Source: the human T2T-CHM13v2.0 reference genome, Homo sapiens
Assembly: GCF_009914755.1 (NCBI RefSeq)
Contig: NC_060935.1
Length of the DNA: 64,000 bases
Reading direction: 5' to 3' (one strand)
Below the pieces are notes generated by a model. That model was given only the letters and a program-made list of their open reading frames with translations, was not told where the DNA came from and searched no databases. The first letter of the stretch is position 1, and each line of letters starts with the position of its first letter. The translations under genes were made by a program, and so were the position numbers. Positions 57,110-64,000 of the stretch are shown piece after piece.

Positions 57110-58077
57110 AATGGAAAATATTTAACTAAAAAAATAAGGCATATGAAAAGATACTCAATATCATATGTCATTAGGGAAATTAAAACAACTAGATATTACT
57201 AAACACCAATTAAAAGGGCCAAAATAACAATGACAATACCAAATGCTAGTACAAATGTAAGATAACAGGAACTCTTCATTTATTACTGATAAGGACGCAA
57301 AATGGTACAACCACTTTGGAAGACAGTTTTGCAGTATCTTACAAAATTAAACATCATCTTAACATATGATCTGGTAATCTGCTCCTTGGAGAATGGAAGA
57401 AAGATCCAGACTCAAATAAATTGGAAAGAATATGTCCACACAAAACCTGTACGCAGATGTTTATAAAAGCTTTAGTCTTATTTGCCCAAACTTGGAAGCA
57501 TCCAAGAAGCTCTTTAGTCTGTGAATAAATAAACTGGGATACATTCACAGAATGGAATATTATTCAGTGCTAAAAGCACATGAGCTATTAAGCAATTAAA
57601 AAACAAGCAGTAACCTTAAATGCATGTTACTAAGTGAAAGAAAATAATCTGAAAAATATGCATACTATATAATTCCAACCATATAACATTCATAAAAGGC
57701 AAAAATATGGAGACAGTAAGATTGGTGGTTCCCAGAGATTTGAGGAGAGGGAGGGATGAACAGGCAGAACACAGAGGAATTTTAGTCAATGAGACAACTG
57801 TTCCATATGATACTCTATTAGTAGATATATGTCATTATACATTTGTCAAAACTCATAGAATGTACAACACCTAGTGTGAAACCTAGTGTAAATTATAGAC
57901 TTTGAGTTATTGTATGTCAATGTAGGTTTGCAGATTATAACAAATATACCACTCTAATGCAAGGATGTCACTAGTGGGGGAAGCTGTGCAAGTGTAAAGG
58001 ATGTGGTTATATAGGAATACTGCACTTTCCACTTAATTTTACTGTGAACACAAAACCACTCTACAGAATAAAAAGTC

Positions 58078-58107
<30 letters not shown>
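57110..58107 (+). mobile_element. L1MC/MD-type 3' fragment ending in (AAT)n
   Basis: AAATGGTACAACCACTTTGGAAGACAGTTT and ATGTCATTATACATTTGTCAAAACTCATAGAATGTACAACAC, with (AAT)n at 58078-58107. Confidence 0.85.
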
Positions 58108-58109
<2 letters not shown>

Positions 58110-59560
58110 AGATTCAAATCTATAATTAAGCAGGAACCGTTTTCAAAATATGAATATTAAATTATGTCCTTGAAAAATTACTTTTAAGTTACTTAGAGTT
58201 CAACTAGAAAAATAAACTTTTGGAAACACGATCAAAAAATTACCTCCAAGCAAGGAAATTAAGCTACATAAGACTACTTCTCAGCCTATAAAGGAATACA
58301 TAAGGAAGTTCAGGAAAATTTTACCTAACTACTAGACATCCAGAAGAAGTTCTCAACCATGAATTTTACTTAGGAGTAGTGTAGACAGAGGCTAAGGATA
58401 TATAAAATGAATCATGCAATATGCCAATTATTCAGTAAACTTTAATGTTACAATTAAAAGTTTAAAAAAACAATAAATCAAAACCAAAAATGTATTGCAT
58501 AAAATATTGTGCTCGCAGTTTGATGTTTCCGTATGTAGGATGATCAAAACATAATTATAACCTTCCAGTGCCAACTTTCTATAGGAATCATTCTAACTTT
58601 AAACTTTAAGATATTGACATTACTATTATCCATACCATTAATGTAAAAAAGTGAAAACCACTGGCTCCTCTTGGAGCCAAAAAGTCTTTGTTTTAAATCT
58701 CAGCCCAGCAAAAACACTGCTGAGTGACCTCATGTAAATTATTTGATTTTGATTTCACTTTCTGCACCTTAAAAAAACGAAAATAGAATATGCTGAAAAT
58801 AGAATATGCTTTACAGAGTTTTGTTGTTGTTTTGGGGTAGTGAGTGAGTGTGGTTCAGTTAGCTATCTTTATGGTACAGGGCCATAAAGGGTACACAATA
58901 TGTAATCTGTAAGTTTTGAGTTATTCTTATTTCTCTTCTGAAATTCAGGATGTTTTCCCTAGACTCTGGATCTTTTTCCCATTCTCCAGTGAATCCTCTG
59001 TATCCTATTAGAATTGCATTTGTTTCCTGTACTCTTGGTCATTCACAGATTGCTTTCAAAGAGTACCAAAATAGTTTCTATTTTAATTTTACATTTTGGC
59101 AACCCACACGCAATCCAGTAGAGACAGTTGGGGTAAGCAGAAGATTCTGTTCTCAAAATGTTTCCTTAGTAGAAATGCCGGAGTTGAAGTGCGTAAAGAG
59201 GCATAAAAGAATTATTTTAGGTAGCAAGCAGGAAAGTGAGGAAATTTCCAAATTTAACTGTTCTACCCGCACAATAGATCTGACCTAACTACTGTTGAAT
59301 GTTGAAAATATACTTGTTTTTCATTTTTAAAGAAATAAGATAATACTATGGAGAGTTATAACGATTGTTTCCCAATAAATGTTTCATACTCTTTTAGGTG
59401 ATAGCAATATTTTTAGAGTAGTTGGCAAAAAGATGAACAAAAGATTGTTTGCAAAATTACCTGCTGTACTAAGAGCAGAGTAAAGATGACTTACGGAGCA
59501 GGAAAATAATCTCTTAAGGTTGTGCTTTACACAATATTCAATTTGAAATGTAAAGATACC

Positions 59561-60293
59561 TTTTTTTTTCTAGAGACAGGATCTTGCTTTGTTTATATAT
59601 ATATAAATATATATATTTTTATTATACTTTAAGTTCTAGGGTACATGTGCACACCATGCAGGTTTGTTACTTATGTATACATGTGCCATGTTGGTGTGCT
59701 GCACCCATTAACTCGTCATTTACATTAGGTATATCTCCTAATGCTATCCCTCCCCGCTCCCCCCACCCCACAACAGGACCCGGTGTGTGATGTTCCCCTT
59801 CCTGTGTCCAAGTGTTCTCATTGCTCAATTCCCACCAACCCAAATGTCCAACAATGATAGACTGGATTAAGAAAATGTGGCACATATACACCGTGGAATA
59901 CTACGTAGCCATAAAAAATGATGAGTTCATGTCCTTTGTAGGGACATGGATGAAGCTGGAAACCATCATTCTCAGCAAACTATTGCAAGGACAAAAAACC
60001 AAACACTGCATGTTCTCACTCATAGGATCTTGCTTTGTAACCTAGGCTGGAGTGCAGTGGTGCAATCATAGTTTATTGCAGCCTTGAACTCCTGGGCTAA
60101 AGTGATCCTCTGGCCTCAGCCTCCTGAGTAGCTGGGACTACAGGTGTTTGCCACCATGTCCAGCTAATTTTTTTGTAGAGACAGGATCTCACTACATTAC
60201 CCAGGCTGGTCTCGAACTCTTGGCCTCAAGTGATCCTCCTGCCTCAGCCTCCTAAAATGGTGAGATTACAGGTGTGAGACATCACACCTGGCC
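59561..60293 (-). mobile_element. AluJ interrupted by a short L1PA
   Basis: T-tail and AGAGACAGGATCTTGCTTTGT at 59561-59592. The Alu resumes at 60024 (AGGATCTTGCTTTGTAACCTAGGCTGGAGTGCAGTGG) and ends CCTGGCC. Confidence 0.92.
59593..60023 (-). mobile_element. Short L1PA3/4-like insertion with 5' inversion (59593-59836 minus; 59837-60023 plus)
   Basis: Antisense L1PA 3' UTR followed by sense ORF2 end (PKCPTMIDWIKKMWHIYT...). 15-bp TSD AGGATCTTGCTTTGT at 59578-59592 and 60024-60038. Confidence 0.96.
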
Positions 60294-60708
60294 AAGATTT
60301 CTTAATATAAGCTTTCTATAAATATAATGTCTACATGTAAAAGTAATTACATAATTTAAATTATTGATAGCATTGTTGACACAGGGTTTTGTTGACATCA
60401 AGCATTTCTCTTTTAGTATGTCACTTCAGCACTTTTTCATAAGGGATGTGAAAAAAAGATTTTTGGAGTTTTTCATAGTATAAGACTATCACAAGTAAAT
60501 TGGCTTTGTTCCATTAAAAATTACTTCCTGTTTCTATGCTTGTGTCCATCTTAGCTTTCACTTCAAATTTTAAAAACTTATAAATAATAAACAGTAACTT
60601 AGTCCTTAAAAATATTCATATTTGATGTCTGCATAAACTTTTTATTGTCAGAATATAAGCTCCATATGAGCAGGAATATAATCTGTTTTTCTCAAAAGTG
60701 TATTTTCA

Positions 60709-61039
<331 letters not shown>

Positions 61040-62421
61040 TTAGCATATACTAAATGCTCAGTAGATAATTGGTAAGTACATTATTAAATGCTTTAAAAGT
61101 GAATACGATCCAAATATCAGAAATACAGCCCCAAAAGAAAAGGGGAGTAATAAACAATATAGAAAAAAAGAGAAATTTCAGGAGAATTGAAATCTGGGTT
61201 TGAGCAACTTTTAAAGTACTGGTTTCTAAAATTGAAGAACTTCACAAAGCTAGTGTCACAAAATCCTCCTGTATTATTCATAAAGAGATTTGATGAGTCC
61301 CAGAGTAAACATCTGGTTTGAGGATTGCATTGGGTCATGAATATCACCCAGGATATGAAAGGCAGAAAATATCTTTGAAAACATGTCTCTCCTGCCTTAG
61401 GCAGATTCTAGTAAAGATGAACTGACAGTAACAGGAGGACTTCTCCCTCCCTTGTGAAGTTTTCAAAGTATATGAATCAATTAGAATTATTCTAATGCTT
61501 TGTTTGCCATTTATGCTACCTTTCATTGACCATTTCTAAAATGTAATAATTTTATCACTGACTTTTCCTTTCTTATAAGTCACCACTCAACGTGGAGAAA
61601 AATTTGCCCTAAATGATCTTACTCTCTTCACTTGTACTCTGAGAAAAGGCTTTAGGGTTCAGCATGATCACTCGTTATAGAGCTTGGGTCTGGGATCACT
61701 GTAATTTGTCACATTAAAAATACTAATGGAAGGCAAGTACTGCCTAAATAGTGGAACACCATACTTCTTAGTGATGTCTTATGTGACCACAGCAGACTGT
61801 CAAAGATGTCCTTTTACAAATTTTCTTGGTAGTGTTTCTTGCATACGTAGTATGTGGGGTTTTTTATGGTTCTTTAGAGTCTTTCCTCAATCCGTACGTG
61901 CCACGAGAACAGGCTCTCATGCCTCTGATATTGGTCAATGTTGTATCATCAATGCCTGTCATAGTTCGTGATATATAATACATGGTCACATCTTTTGTTG
62001 ATGTTTTTGAATCAATATATAAGGTTAGTGTTAGGACTAAGGGGTACCAGGGTAGGTGTTGGTGATACAGAGATGGATTCGAATATCTTTGTAATCAGGG
62101 AACCCTCTGGAGAATGAAGGAAAGAGATGCATGTGATTATTCTATTAGTTGGTAAAAACTATCAGTGGTCCTAAACAGCCCAGTGCTATGGCAACACAAA
62201 GGAAGACCATACAAACACATGTAAAAAACAACATCCCTGCTGTTATATGCCTGAGTTTAACATAGCTAGAAAAAACTTTATTCTCCATTCCATTTTCTTC
62301 CTTTTCTTTTCCTCACCCATCCTCTTCCTTTTCCCTTTACTCTGACAGCAATCCCAAGAAAGACACCAATGTATATTTCCTCCAAAGAAAGAGAAATTCA
62401 GTTACTATAAGAACAATAATC

Positions 62422-62722
<301 letters not shown>

Positions 62723-63404
62723 AAGAACAATAATCACCATCATTCATCAAACTGTGATAACAATCATATACTAATCCTAGAAAGTATGAAAATGAAGATC
62801 CTACATAGAGTGCCTGGCACATTAACTTCTACATCTTAACATTGTTTTATGTTTCATCACTTGGGATTTTATTTGGAAAATCCTCTTTTGTTCAACGTTA
62901 TATGATGCTTAATTTTTAACTTAGGGCATCGCTTTGAAAGTGTGAACAACATTTTCTATGCAGCTACATTAACTGCATAGAAGCTGCATGTTCATTGAAT
63001 TCATTAAATTCAAACTGAGGGTCAAATTGTATTCCTGTTCTATCCAGGGCTAATCCTTCTTGTTTTATATCTTGGAAATATTATCAAAATGTACTTTTTT
63101 TCTTTCTTTATTCATGATTTATTTTTGTATGTGTTTGTTATTAAAATGTATATATTTCAAAATCTCCTAGTATTTCACAGGATAGTAGCAATAGTATGTA
63201 ATTTTAGTCTTTTTAATAATAATGAATCATTTAAAATAGAACTAAGAGAGATTATTTTATTACATTGTAAGGTTTCTTTTATGTATACGTTTCTAAGTCA
63301 GGAAAAAGGCTGATGTGGTGGTTCATGCATTTATCTTTTTGATTTTGTTCCATTTTATATCCCAAACTTTTCATGATTTCCTATTTTTTTCTAATTTTCT
63401 GCTT

Positions 63405-63630
63405 GATACCTGTTCTCCAAAAATATTTCCAAGAAGTTTTAATGTTTCCAAGAGGTTTAGTTGTATTCTATGATCAAATACATTTGAGAAATGTTACATA
63501 TAATGTGTCTTTCTTGGAAATTCACAGGGCATATTTATATATTAAAGGCTCTTAAGAGTCCTGTAGTAAATATCTTTGTTTATATTTCTTTAATCGGTGA
63601 TTCCAAATAGTCTACCAAATCCCTGTGCTG
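63405..63630. mobile_element. Possible hAT-Charlie (MER-type) DNA transposon remnant
   Basis: CTTGGAAATTCACAGGGCATATTTATATATTAAAGGCTCTTAAGAGTCCTGTAGTAAA resembles old non-autonomous Charlie elements. Confidence 0.4.
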
Positions 63631-64000
63631 TCAATACTACTGCTGTTTTTGCTGTTTCATGCATGTTACTTATTAACATCTCAAGGAATAAACATTTACA
63701 AAGACTTATTTATAATCTACATTTCTTTTGCAAGAATTCAGCTGAATAGATGAGTTAAATAAGTATCTGTTTTATACATGCATTTTCCTCAAATACTAGT
63801 TCTCAGATGATTGTTGACCTTCAATATTCCTAATTTGAAATTGAAGTTGGACTTGCTGATTTAAAGTATAGAAAACCTCTCTAGGGCATGGGCAGCATAA
63901 GGAAAATTTGGAGCAAGAATTCTTTATGATTACAGTGAACAACAATTTCATTTTTCTCATTTATATGAAAAATCTTGGAGTCATTCTTGATGCCTCTTTT

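Noticed and set aside
58780-58810. Short tandem micro-duplications (AAAATAGAATATGCT x2; also TTTGAAGC x3 near 4195)
   Set aside because: These are ordinary slippage events with no sign of function.

Overview
This is primate (human-like), AT-rich, gene-poor genomic DNA made mostly of nested transposable-element fossils. I found no credible protein-coding gene, RNA gene, CpG island or prokaryote-type system, and every recognisable ORF in the track is a decayed transposon or retrovirus frame. The main elements are: the 5' end of a full-length-type L1PA (minus strand, with an ORF0 homologue, the retained 129-bp ZNF93-target segment and a mutated YY1 site); three separate 5'-inverted (twin-primed) L1PA insertions; a near full-length Tigger1; a large L1MA (about 18.9-30.7 kb) that collected MST LTRs, Alus and an L1PA; a complete THE1 with a 5-bp TSD; a 5'-truncated HERV-H (LTR7 plus env and pol remnants) inside a MER21; an orphan ERVL-type pol fragment; ten Alus or Alu fragments; and MLT, L2 and MIR fragments. 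The most unusual observations are local rearrangements: a perfect 42-bp copy of an L1 5' segment pasted 3 kb downstream into the same element's ORF2, several 140-260 bp tandem duplications, a fused double MST LTR, and an L1 whose 5' end is joined directly to its 3' end. Subfamily names come from recalled consensus sequences, not a database search, and boundaries of old elements are approximate. I do not see evidence for a new biological system here.
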